A stretch of 60,459 nt of DNA, filler included, from Dirinaria sp. TL-2023a (Eukaryota): NCBI GenBank assembly GCA_051941275.1. It is 8 parts of 8 records of this genome, joined end to end, with 100 filler letters (N's around TTAATTAATTAA, not from the genome) between each part and the next. Parts side by side here need not be neighbours in the genome. Positions count along the whole stretch, not along the records: positions 52,999 to 60,459 come from JAVEBF010001313.1; 7 more parts are not named here. One strand, written 5' to 3'. Under the pieces are notes generated by a model that was not told the origin of the DNA, did not search any database, and saw only the letters and a list, made by a program, of their open reading frames with translations. Positions 60,181 to 60,459 of this stretch are shown piece after piece; the first letter of the stretch is position 1; each line of letters starts with the position of its first letter. The translations under genes and the position numbers were made by a program.

Positions 60181-60459
60181 ATATAAATCCCGAACACGCA
60201 ACATATCGGACATTAATGTAGGTCTAAACAAAAAAAAAATCTCCGAACGCAAAAGAAAGTACCTTACCTTATCGAGTAGCTGTCTCTTAACGATCGCTTT
60301 TGGGAGGGGGGATTGGCAAAAGGGGTCTAAATATGAAGACGTGTTTTATCTGAAAAGTAAGGAAAGGCGAGCGTTAAGATGGATTAATTTATATGAAAAG
60401 AGAGGAAGTTAGGAATTTGTGGGACAGAGACAAGCAAGGGGAACGGCTAGTCTTTATAC

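Overview
This window is not one locus. It is eight unlinked ~7.5-kb contigs (7480, 7478, 7474, 7468, 7468, 7466, 7464, 7461 bp, sorted by decreasing length) joined by an artificial 100-bp linker (N44-TTAATTAATTAA-N44). The DNA is from a filamentous ascomycete (Pezizomycotina): short GT-AG introns with CTRAY branch sites and typical fungal proteins. About 18 mostly housekeeping genes can be rebuilt exon by exon: RPD3, RPN11, an F-box-like protein, TIM50, CRD1, a divergent THR1, RTC3, an alpha/beta-hydrolase-Cys-phosphatase fusion, an Ilv3B-type dehydratase, a GH31 alpha-glucosidase, KIN4, HOS4, DFG10, ALKBH6, HST4, MED16, YAP1 and SPF30. Contig 6 has no recognisable gene. The most interesting signals: (1) a predicted membrane-targeted serine hydrolase fused to a domain closely resembling the animal capping-enzyme RNA 5'-triphosphatase; (2) four short uORFs plus a Leu3-type site upstream of the non-mitochondrial ILV3 paralogue; (3) 125-220-bp patches in contig 6 almost free of CC/GG but rich in CpG, suggesting a non-canonical RIP-like mutator; (4) a two-subtype ~53-bp minisatellite directly upstream of a small GIY-YIG/T5orf172-like gene; (5) three helically phased CCAAT boxes upstream of YAP1. 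All family calls are by-eye motif recognition; no searches were run.
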